This document shows, one piece after another, positions 45,410-52,792 of a DNA stretch of 64,000 bases. A program made the translations under genes and the position numbers. The DNA is taken from NCBI GenBank assembly GCA_963749155.1, contig CAVVLO010000003.1, positions 192,612 through 256,611 of the forward strand, read 5' to 3'. Numbering within the stretch: position 1 is the stretch's first letter; every line of letters begins with the position of its first letter. Origin of the DNA: an uncultured Armatimonadia bacterium. GTDB lineage: Bacteria; Armatimonadota; Zipacnadia; CAVVLO01. The notes under the pieces were generated by a model. The model searched no databases and was not told the origin of the DNA. It saw only the letters and a list, made by a program, of their open reading frames with translations.

Positions 45410-46891
45410 ATGTATCTGGAATTTCGCTCTATCAGCAAACGTTTTCCCGGCGTCCAGGCCCTCGAGGACGTCAGCTTTGGCGTGGGCGAGGGCGAAGCGC
45501 ATGCCCTGATAGGCGAAAATGGGGCTGGCAAGAGCACTCTGCTCAAGCTGCTTGGAGGCAGTCTTCAGCCTACTTCGGGGGCTATCTGGCTTGATGGCGA
45601 AGAGCGTCATTTGGGTTCTGCCCGCGAGGCGCTGGCCGCTGGGATAGCGGTAATCCAGCAGGAGCTGCAGCTCGTGCCCGAGCGCAGCGTCGCGGAGAAC
45701 CTCTTCCTTGGTCATCTGCCCGCCCAGCTTGGCTGGGTAAACAAGCGCAAACTGATGAGCCTGGCCACCGAGCAACTGGCTCTGGTCGGCGAGGAGCGTA
45801 TCCATCCGGCCACTTTGGTCAGCGCGCTGCCTATCGCCCAGCGGCAGATGGTAGAACTGGCGAAGGCACTGACCCGGGGCGCGAAGGTTGTCGCTTTCGA
45901 TGAGCCAACCAGCAGCCTCTCGGAACGCGAAGTGCAGCGACTTTTTTCAATTATCCGGGAGCTCAAGGCGCGCGGCCAGGTTGTGCTGTACGTCTCGCAC
46001 AGGCTGGAGGAACTCTTCCAGGTGTGCGACTCGGCGACGGTGTTGCGCGATGGGCGGCTGGTCGAGACCTTCCCCACCCTGGAAGGCGTCAGTCAGGAGA
46101 CCCTGGTCACCCGGATGGTGGGGCGCGAGCTTGCCGATATCTTCAACTATGCCCCGCGCGCGATTGGCGAGACTGTATTGCAGGTAGAGCAACTTGAAGG
46201 GCCTGGCCTTGCGGCGCCTGTCAGCCTCGAACTCGGCAGGGGAGAAGTGGTGGGGATATTCGGCCTGGTGGGAGCTGGCAGGACTGAGTTGCTGAAACTC
46301 CTCTTCGGCGCCCGCCGCGCAACTGGAGGGGTTGTGTTGTTCGAGGGAAGGCCGCTTCGCCTGGCTGACCCCCGAGATGCCATCCGGGCGGGCATCGTGC
46401 TGTGTCCTGAAGACCGCCGGTCCGAAGGGATAATCCCTGTCAGGCCAGTGATGGAGAACCTGAATCTGGCCGCCCACAAGCGCCTTGCGCCAGTTGGGAT
46501 CATCAGTCCCGCAAGAGAGCGCCTTCATGCCGCGGCTCTGGTGGAGCAGCTTGATGTGAAGACGCCCTCGCTGCGGCAACTTATTATGCATCTATCCGGC
46601 GGCAACCAGCAGAAGGTAGTCTTTGGCCGCTGGCTTGCTACCGAGCCGAAGGTGCTGCTGCTCGATGAGCCTACGCGCGGGATAGACGTTGGCGCGCGCA
46701 GCGAGCTGTATGGCATTATCCAGAGGCTGGCAAGTCAGGGCGTCGCAGTGTTGATGGCAAGCAGCGACTTGCCCGAGGTGCTGGGTTTGTCGGATCGCGT
46801 GTTGGTTATGAACGAGGGTCGGCTGGCCGGGGAACTTGCGCGCGCCGAGGCCACACCCGCAGTCGTGATGAAGCTGGCGTTGCCTGCCTGA
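45410..46891 (+). CDS. araG: Arabinose/monosaccharide ABC transporter ATP-binding protein (double ATPase)
   Basis: Walker A GENGAGKST and GLVGAGRTE; signature LSGGNQQK. Overall collinear with E. coli AraG as I recall it (CPEDRRSEGIIPV, LLDEPTRGIDVGA, SSDLPEVLG). Confidence 0.85.
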   Translation: MYLEFRSISKRFPGVQALEDVSFGVGEGEAHALIGENGAGKSTLLKLLGGSLQPTSGAIWLDGEERHLGSAREALAAGIAVIQQELQLVPERSVAENLFLGHLPAQLGWVNKRKLMSLATEQLALVGEERIHPATLVSALPIAQRQMVELAKALTRGAKVVAFDEPTSSLSEREVQRLFSIIRELKARGQVVLYVSHRLEELFQVCDSATVLRDGRLVETFPTLEGVSQETLVTRMVGRELADIFNYAPRAIGETVLQVEQLEGPGLAAPVSLELGRGEVVGIFGLVGAGRTELLKLLFGARRATGGVVLFEGRPLRLADPRDAIRAGIVLCPEDRRSEGIIPVRPVMENLNLAAHKRLAPVGIISPARERLHAAALVEQLDVKTPSLRQLIMHLSGGNQQKVVFGRWLATEPKVLLLDEPTRGIDVGARSELYGIIQRLASQGVAVLMASSDLPEVLGLSDRVLVMNEGRLAGELARAEATPAVVMKLALPA

Positions 46892-46903
46892 GAGGACTAG
46901 CTG

Positions 46904-47653
46904 ATGACCGAAATCGCAACCAAAGTAAAGAAGACTGGCCCGCCCAGCTCGCTACTCGACCAGGTAGGGCTGTTCGCTGTGCTGGTGCTGCTTGCGGGCG
47001 GCGCCTCGATTTTCGTACCTTTCTTCTTCAGCCCTACCAACTTCGAGGCACTGGCGCTGTCCATCGCCACCGTCGGGATGATCGCCAGCACGATGCTCTT
47101 CTGCCTGGCCTCGGGCGATTTCGACCTGTCGGTAGGCTCAATCGTTGCCTTTTCGGGCGTGCTTGCCGCGGCGGTCACGAATGCAACCGGCGATGTCCTC
47201 GTTGGGGTTGGTTCGGGGATTGCGGCAGGCGCGGTGGTCGGCCTTATCAATGGGGCCTTCATCGCGGGATTCGGAATCAACGCCTTGATAACGACCCTTG
47301 CGACGATGCAGATAGTACGGGGTCTGGCCTATATAGCTTCGGACGGGAAAGCTATTGGAGTAAACAATCAGGGGTTCTTCTTCGCCCTCGCCGCGCCGCT
47401 CAAGGTGCCTGGACCTGTCTGGATAATGGTCGGCTGTATGGTCAGTCTTCGGCTTGCTGCTCAGCCGCACCGTGTTTGGCCTGAACACGCTGGCAATCGG
47501 GGGCAACCGGGAGGCCGCGCGGCTTGCGGGCATACCTGTTGTGCGGACCAAGATTGCCATCTTCACGCTGCAGGGGCTTGTCGCTGGAATCGCAGGCGTA
47601 GTACTCGCCTCGCGAATGACAAGCGGCCAGCCCTCGACCAGTCAGGGGCTTGA
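46904..47653 (+). CDS. araH: Sugar ABC permease (AraH-like), N-terminal part (fragment 1 of 2)
   Basis: Hydrophobic TM segments up to ...VPGPVWIMVGCMV. Downstream of about 47445 the listed frame becomes an Arg/His-rich wrong-frame tail. Confidence 0.75.
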   Translation: MTEIATKVKKTGPPSSLLDQVGLFAVLVLLAGGASIFVPFFFSPTNFEALALSIATVGMIASTMLFCLASGDFDLSVGSIVAFSGVLAAAVTNATGDVLVGVGSGIAAGAVVGLINGAFIAGFGINALITTLATMQIVRGLAYIASDGKAIGVNNQGFFFALAAPLKVPGPVWIMVGCMVSLRLAAQPHRVWPEHAGNRGQPGGRAACGHTCCADQDCHLHAAGACRWNRRRSTRLANDKRPALDQSGA

Positions 47654-47870
47654 GCTGCAGGTCATCTCGGCTTGCGTGCTGGGGGGCGTTTCCCTCACCG
47701 GCGGCATCGGCTCGATGGCCGGCGTCGTGGTTGGCGTGCTGATTATGGGCATCGTAAACAATGTCCTCAACCTGCTGAATGTGCAGCCCTTCTATCAGTA
47801 TCTCGTCAGCGGCGCCATCTTGCTGGCCGCTGTCAGTTTCGACCGGATCAAGCAATTACTCAGGCGGTAA
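47454..47870 (+). CDS. araH: Sugar ABC permease (AraH-like), C-terminal part (fragment 2 of 2)
   Basis: ...VFGLLLSRTVFGLNTLAIGGNREAARLAGIPVVRTKI...ASRMTSGQP...ISACVLGGVSLTGG... parallels E. coli AraH. The +1 shift is at about 47440-47450. Confidence 0.8.
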   Translation: MLLSRTVFGLNTLAIGGNREAARLAGIPVVRTKIAIFTLQGLVAGIAGVVLASRMTSGQPSTSQGLELQVISACVLGGVSLTGGIGSMAGVVVGVLIMGIVNNVLNLLNVQPFYQYLVSGAILLAAVSFDRIKQLLRR

Positions 47871-47887
47871 CGCCAGGAGGATATCGT

Positions 47888-48088
47888 ATGCGTTTTCTAC
47901 TTATGACCTGGTTGCTTGCGACACTTGGCCTGGTGCTGGCGTCCTGCGGAGAGGCGGATTATCCCGTGCTGGAAGCCAAACCCTACTGGATTGGCGTTGC
48001 GCCTCCGCATATCGCCGAACCTGTCGGGCCGATGCTGGCGCCGGATGCCAGCCTGGAAGAGTGGCCTGTCGCACCTTTCCGTCTATAA
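47888..48088 (+). CDS. Lipoprotein of unknown function, signal peptide and N-terminus (fragment 1 of 3)
   Basis: ATG at 47888, 7 nt after AGGAGG. MRFLLMTWLLATLGLVLASCGEADYPVLEAKPYW (lipobox LASC). Confidence 0.65.
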   Translation: MRFLLMTWLLATLGLVLASCGEADYPVLEAKPYWIGVAPPHIAEPVGPMLAPDASLEEWPVAPFRL

Positions 48089-48854
48089 ATACTACGGCGT
48101 GCAGGTGCCAGGCGTAACCTGGGCCACCCCGCTGCCCGTGCCCGAGCTGGTCGCCTTTGCCAAACGCAACAACCTGAAGCTCGCCTGCGAATTCGGAAGT
48201 TTTACGCCGGGGCCTGGGCATCACTTCAGCGATACGGCCTTCGCAGAGCTCGAGAGGGAACTCGATCCCGTTATCGCGGCAGGAGGGACTATCTACTCCA
48301 TCGACCTCGACGGGCCGGTATGCCGCACGATAAAGGGGATTATCAATACTCCCGACGGGATGACCCTCGAAGCCATCGCAAGCGAGCTGGCGCGCTTCTT
48401 CGCCCTGGCCAGAGCAAAATATCCAGGGCTGAAGATTGGGCTTATCCCGAATCTGCCCAACTGGGACTATACCCGCGACCTGCTTGGGTACAACGGCCAC
48501 AATACCGATATGTCGGGCTATACCTATCTGGAGGCGCTGGAAGCGGTCAGCGCGGCGCTGAAAGCCAATAGCGATCAGATAGACTTTGTCGAGGTGGACT
48601 GTCCCTACAATTATTACCGCGAGAAGCGTACCCGCACGAAGGATGGCCCAGTCGACAACGCGGCCAAGTTGAAAGCGCTACAGCAGTGGTGCCAGGCTCA
48701 CAAGAGCCGAGTTCGTGCTGATAGTGAACGCGGAGCATCGGGGCGGCGGGGGCAAGGCCTTCCACGAGCTGGTGTTGAGTTATGTGCGGGCGATCCGGCG
48801 AGATGGCGTTTTCCCCGATGGCTTCCTGCTGCAGTCGTGGTACGACAAGCCTGA
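47916..48854 (+). CDS. Lipoprotein of unknown function, central part (fragment 2 of 3)
   Basis: Real part from about 48072: LSVYKYYGVQVPGVTWATPLPVPELVAFAKRNNLKLACEFGSF... to about 48705. Confidence 0.65.
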   Translation: MRHLAWCWRPAERRIIPCWKPNPTGLALRLRISPNLSGRCWRRMPAWKSGLSHLSVYKYYGVQVPGVTWATPLPVPELVAFAKRNNLKLACEFGSFTPGPGHHFSDTAFAELERELDPVIAAGGTIYSIDLDGPVCRTIKGIINTPDGMTLEAIASELARFFALARAKYPGLKIGLIPNLPNWDYTRDLLGYNGHNTDMSGYTYLEALEAVSAALKANSDQIDFVEVDCPYNYYREKRTRTKDGPVDNAAKLKALQQWCQAHKSRVRADSERGASGRRGQGLPRAGVELCAGDPARWRFPRWLPAAVVVRQA

Positions 48855-48954
48855 CGTGAATCTGCCCGAGACAGAGCCGTATACCTTCAGCAACACGGTG
48901 AGGGACGCGGCGCGGTTGATATCGTTCACCTTCCCGCTCGCGCACCAGAAGTAG
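48715..48954 (+). CDS. Lipoprotein of unknown function, C-terminal part (fragment 3 of 3)
   Basis: ...AEFVLIVNAEHRGGGGKAFHELVLSYVRAIRRDGVFPDGFLLQSWYD... to the TAG at 48952-48954. The +1 shift is at about 48698-48712. Confidence 0.6.
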   Translation: MLIVNAEHRGGGGKAFHELVLSYVRAIRRDGVFPDGFLLQSWYDKPDVNLPETEPYTFSNTVRDAARLISFTFPLAHQK

Positions 48955-48983
48955 CCATCGCTTTCCCCAAGTATGAGGGGTAT

Positions 48984-49016
48984 GGGGGCAACCTGCCCCC
49001 ACGCTTTTTTGGTTTT
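48984..49016 (+). terminator. Rho-independent terminator closing the araF...lipoprotein gene string
   Basis: GGGGGCA-acc-TGCCCCC followed by ACGCTTTTTTGGTTTT. Confidence 0.75.
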
Positions 49017-49051
49017 GGAGGATTTTCCGCTCTTCCAGCCAAATTCTCCGT

Positions 49052-49288
49052 ATGATGACCTTTATCGCACTTGTCGTCCTTGTAGTGCTTTCCGCTTCAC
49101 CGGTTCTTGCACAGCCACCGTGCGCAAGCCTCGCCCAACAGCAGGTGCTGACCTCGGCTGGAGGGCCGGGGAGAGCAGGCTTTCCTCGAAGCGCCGGCGC
49201 TTGCCAGCGATGGCCTGGGGGGGCTCTGGCTTACCTGGTTGAAGCGGCTTCCCGACTATACGGAACAGCTCTGTTTCAGCCGGTATGA
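49052..49288 (+). CDS. Signal peptide of the propeller-PHP protein (fragment 1 of 2)
   Basis: MMTFIALVVLVVLSASPVLAQPP. The sequence becomes implausible after about 49170, while the +1 frame opens at 49152. Confidence 0.55.
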   Translation: MMTFIALVVLVVLSASPVLAQPPCASLAQQQVLTSAGGPGRAGFPRSAGACQRWPGGALAYLVEAASRLYGTALFQPV

Positions 49289-51482
49289 CGGCACGTGGAG
49301 AGAGCCGCTAACTTTCGCCTCGGGCCGGTTCGAGGCGCCTCAACTAGCCTGCGCGCCTGGCGGCACGCCGATGGCCGTCTGGGTAAGTCTCGAAGGCGAT
49401 TCCTTCCGACTGCGCGCAAGCCGGTGGACCTCAACTGGCTTTGGCAAGCCGGCGCTGGTGCCTTCTGCTGGTGGCAAGGCGGCCAATCCGGCGCTGATCG
49501 CGGGTGCGGATGGCGACTTCTGGCTGGCGTTTGAAGATTACAAGCAAGCGCGTTTCCGCGTTTTCCTCACCCACTTCACAAACGGCAAGTGGAGCAAGCC
49601 AGTGCTGCTTTCAGACGCCGGCCGCAACGCCTACACGCCCTCTCTCGCGCTTGATGGAAACGGTCAGCAACTCTGGGTTGCCTGGTCAGCGGTTATGGAG
49701 GAAGGCGCCTATGCGCTGCATGGCAGGAGCCTCGACCTGGCAACCGACGCCGTCGGCCCCCGGCTTGTGCTGGTTGCGGGCGGCCAGATGGGCAAGCGTC
49801 CGGACATCAATCTCTACCCCTCACTCTCGACCGACCCCGCGGGCGGTATCTGGCTGGCATGGGAAGGCGACAGCCCTGGCAGCCTGCGTCAGACGCGCGT
49901 CTCAGGACTCGGTGACCATTGGGGAGGGCGTCGCATCAACGTCGTCCACTTCGAGGCCGGGCGGCTCTCAGAGGCTCGCCCGCGGATGCGTCCTGCCGGC
50001 TCTGCGGTGCTGTCGGGCCTGAATGACCATATGCCGGCACTGATTTCCGACCCCGCTGGCCGGTTGTGGGTCTTTTCGCGACTGTCAGTGCAGAAGCCCC
50101 AACCCCCCTGGAGCGTCCGCTGTACGGTCCTGGGTGCTGGCGGCTGGAGCCAGGCCGCCGACCTGCTGCAGGAGCAGCCCCTCGGGCGGCTCGCCCATCC
50201 TGCCGTGGCCTTCACTTCGCCAGGCGAGTTGTGGGTTGCCTGGACTTCCGACAACCTGCCCAACAACCGCACCGCTGGGCAGCTCACCGAGTTGCACGTG
50301 GCCAGGTGTGAGGCCTCGGTCACTCCGGCTGCCAGCCCACCACTACGCACCCTCGTCCAGAGCGTACCCGAGGCGCCAGTGACACTCGCCTCAGCCCCTT
50401 CAAGAGCGACCCTTGAAGTCTCCGGAGAGCGCTATACGCTGCTCTCGGGTAATCTCCATGAGCACACCCTCTTCTCGCGCTGCTGGGTGGACGGTTCCGA
50501 TGGCTGGCTTCAGGACGATTATCGTTATGGCCACGACGAGGAAGGTTATGATTTCGTCGGGCTGACAGATCATGGCTATGATATGGGGCCTGCAGAATGG
50601 CGAGAGGTAGTCAGGGCAGCCGATTTCTACGATGATGCACCCGGCTTCATCGCCGTTCCTGGCTACGAGTGGACGATGAGCGGTCCGACGCGCCCGGTTG
50701 GTTCGGGGCATCGTAATGTCTTCTTCACGAGCAGCGAGGACGCGCTCAGGTTCACTTTCGACGATGGGCAGGTGCCTGATCGCAACGACCCCAGCTCTGT
50801 GCGGATAGACCAGATCTGGGCGCTGCTGCGCGAGAAGGGCATCAGCGACGCCATCACCATACCACACCATCCCGCTGATAAAGACCACCCAGTAGATTGG
50901 GATTATCATGATCCGGACTATCAGCAAGTCGTTGAGCTCTTCCAGGGCCGCCAGTCGGCTGAATACAAGGGCTGCCCGCGCCAGACACCCAACCTGACGG
51001 AACTGGACGGCTGCTTCGTGCAGGATGCGCTGGCGCGCGGGTATCGGATGGGCTTCATTGCCAGTGGCGACCATAACTCGATGGGCGTGGGGCTGGCTTG
51101 TGTTTGGGTGAAAGAGCCAACTCGTGCCGGTGTTATGGAGGCGCTGCGCGCGCGTCGCTGCTTCGGCACAACAGGCTCACGCTGGTTTGTAGATTTTCGC
51201 TCCGATGGGCACTTCATGGGAGAAGAGTATGAAACTGACGCTCCCCCCCATCTTACGGGCAAGCTGGTCTCGGGCAAACCACTGAAGCAGGTTACGCTGT
51301 TCCGGCAAGGGCAGACGATTCTGGATCTGGACGCCGAAGCGCTTGGGGGAAGCACCGAATACACCCTCGACCTGACCGACGAGGGCTGGACACCTGGCGT
51401 TTATTATTATCTGCGCGGCATCGACGAGGCCAACCAGATCGCCTGGGCGAGTCCAATCTGGGTTGACGCCCTGAGCCACTAA
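49239..51482 (+). CDS. Secreted repeat (beta-propeller-like) domain fused to a PHP-type metallohydrolase domain (fragment 2 of 2)
   Basis: The frame is open from 49152 (...EQAFLEAPALASDGLGGLWLTWLKR...). Six repeats with W(L/V)AW-type strands (MAVWVSLEG, FWLAFEDY, LWVAWSAV, IWLAWEGD, LWVFSRLS, LWVAWTSD). C-terminal LSGNLHEHTLFS, GLTDHGYD, ITIPHHPADK, ASGDHNS. Confidence 0.75.
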   Translation: MKRLPDYTEQLCFSRYDGTWREPLTFASGRFEAPQLACAPGGTPMAVWVSLEGDSFRLRASRWTSTGFGKPALVPSAGGKAANPALIAGADGDFWLAFEDYKQARFRVFLTHFTNGKWSKPVLLSDAGRNAYTPSLALDGNGQQLWVAWSAVMEEGAYALHGRSLDLATDAVGPRLVLVAGGQMGKRPDINLYPSLSTDPAGGIWLAWEGDSPGSLRQTRVSGLGDHWGGRRINVVHFEAGRLSEARPRMRPAGSAVLSGLNDHMPALISDPAGRLWVFSRLSVQKPQPPWSVRCTVLGAGGWSQAADLLQEQPLGRLAHPAVAFTSPGELWVAWTSDNLPNNRTAGQLTELHVARCEASVTPAASPPLRTLVQSVPEAPVTLASAPSRATLEVSGERYTLLSGNLHEHTLFSRCWVDGSDGWLQDDYRYGHDEEGYDFVGLTDHGYDMGPAEWREVVRAADFYDDAPGFIAVPGYEWTMSGPTRPVGSGHRNVFFTSSEDALRFTFDDGQVPDRNDPSSVRIDQIWALLREKGISDAITIPHHPADKDHPVDWDYHDPDYQQVVELFQGRQSAEYKGCPRQTPNLTELDGCFVQDALARGYRMGFIASGDHNSMGVGLACVWVKEPTRAGVMEALRARRCFGTTGSRWFVDFRSDGHFMGEEYETDAPPHLTGKLVSGKPLKQVTLFRQGQTILDLDAEALGGSTEYTLDLTDEGWTPGVYYYLRGIDEANQIAWASPIWVDALSH

Positions 51483-51497
51483 GAGTAAGTTACACTT

Positions 51498-52424
51498 ATG
51501 AATTACGTATTTGGGCCAGTCCCCTCACGCAGGCTCGGGAGGTCACTGGGCGTTGACCTGGTGCCTTTCAAGACTTGCAGCTATGACTGCATCTACTGCC
51601 AGCTCGGGCCGACGACCTGCAAGACAGCCGAGTTTCAGGAAGGGCCGCCTCTTGATGAAGTGGTCGCCCAGGTTGCAGCAAGGCTTGAGAGCAAACCCGA
51701 TTATGTGACCCTCAGCGGCAGTGGCGAGCCTACGCTTTACGCTCACCTGGCCGAATTGGTAATCCGATTGAAGGCCCTGACCGACGTCCCGGTTGCGGTG
51801 CTGACCAATGGCTCGCTGCTGTGGAATCCAGACGTGCGAAAGGCCTTGCTGCCGGCGGATTTGGTCATCCCATCGCTGGATGCCGGCGATGAGGCCACTT
51901 TCAAAATTGTTAACCGCCCGCATGAGAGCCTCAACTTCGAGCAGATGGTGGAAGGACTTGTGGACTTCCGAAAGGAGTTCTCCGGTCAGCTCTGGCTTGA
52001 AGTGATGGTGCTCGAAGGGCTGACGGACTCTGAAGAGACAATGACCCCTATTGCAGAGCTCGCAAGACGCATCGGGCCGGACAGAGTACAATTGAACACG
52101 GCAACTCGGCCGACAGCCTTCGAGCAGGCAAGGCCTGTGCCGGCGGAGAGACTGGCTCAACTCGCGAGGTTATTCTCCCCCGCCGCAGAGCCGATCGCCG
52201 ATTATCAGGGCACTCATCAGGCGGCCGAATTCGCCGGAGAGCGTCAGGCTGTGTTAGAGTTGCTTGCGCGTCGCCCCTGCACGCTGGCGGACGTCGCCGA
52301 GGGGCTTGGCCTTCACCTGAACCAGGCCACCAAGCACCTTGAAGAGCTGGTCGCCGAGGAGAAGGCTGAAGAAATCGCCCGGGAAGGGCGCGTTTACTTT
52401 CGCGTCCGGAAGCAGGCAGAATAA
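51498..52424 (+). CDS. Radical SAM protein with a C-terminal winged-helix-like segment
   Basis: FGPVPSRRLGRSLGVDLVPFKTCSYDCIYCQLG (CxxxCxxC). LSGSGEPTLY. C-terminal LELLARRPCTLADVAEGLGLHLNQATKHLEELV. Confidence 0.8.
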   Translation: MNYVFGPVPSRRLGRSLGVDLVPFKTCSYDCIYCQLGPTTCKTAEFQEGPPLDEVVAQVAARLESKPDYVTLSGSGEPTLYAHLAELVIRLKALTDVPVAVLTNGSLLWNPDVRKALLPADLVIPSLDAGDEATFKIVNRPHESLNFEQMVEGLVDFRKEFSGQLWLEVMVLEGLTDSEETMTPIAELARRIGPDRVQLNTATRPTAFEQARPVPAERLAQLARLFSPAAEPIADYQGTHQAAEFAGERQAVLELLARRPCTLADVAEGLGLHLNQATKHLEELVAEEKAEEIAREGRVYFRVRKQAE

Positions 52425-52448
52425 GGCACTTATCAGGAGGACTATCCT

Positions 52449-52787
52449 ATGCGTATAGCTGTACCAGTGGTAGGCGGGAAGGTCTCAACGCACTTTGGTC
52501 ATTGTGATGTTTTCGCCTTCTTTGAGGCGGACCTTGAGGGGAAGACCCTTGGCCCGCGCGTTGACATCGTCCCTCCCCCCCACGAGCCCGGCCTGCTGCC
52601 GAAGTGGCTGGCGGACGAGGGCGTAACCGTCGTGCTGGGAGGCGGGATGGGTAACCGCGCTCAGCAACTGCTGGCGGAGCAAGGCATCGAGGTCCTCCTC
52701 GGTTGTCCCGAAGGCGCACCTGAAGACGTTGCCCAGGCCTGGCTGGCGGGCACTCTTGAAGCCTCGGGCAACGCTTGCGATCACTAA
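52449..52787 (+). CDS. NifX/NifB-C-terminal-like (dinitrogenase FeMo-cofactor-binding fold) small protein
   Basis: MRIAVPVVGGKVSTHFGHCDVFAFFE ... GVTVVLGGGMGNRAQQLLAEQGIEVL. Confidence 0.75.
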   Translation: MRIAVPVVGGKVSTHFGHCDVFAFFEADLEGKTLGPRVDIVPPPHEPGLLPKWLADEGVTVVLGGGMGNRAQQLLAEQGIEVLLGCPEGAPEDVAQAWLAGTLEASGNACDH

Positions 52788-52792
52788 GGCTT

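Noticed and set aside
51498-52424. Radical SAM protein as the anaerobic sulfatase-maturing enzyme for the sulfatase at 60788
   Set aside because: It is only 308 aa with a single CxxxCxxC cluster and lacks the additional Cys-rich SPASM-type region expected for anSME. It is also separated from the sulfatase by seven genes on both strands.
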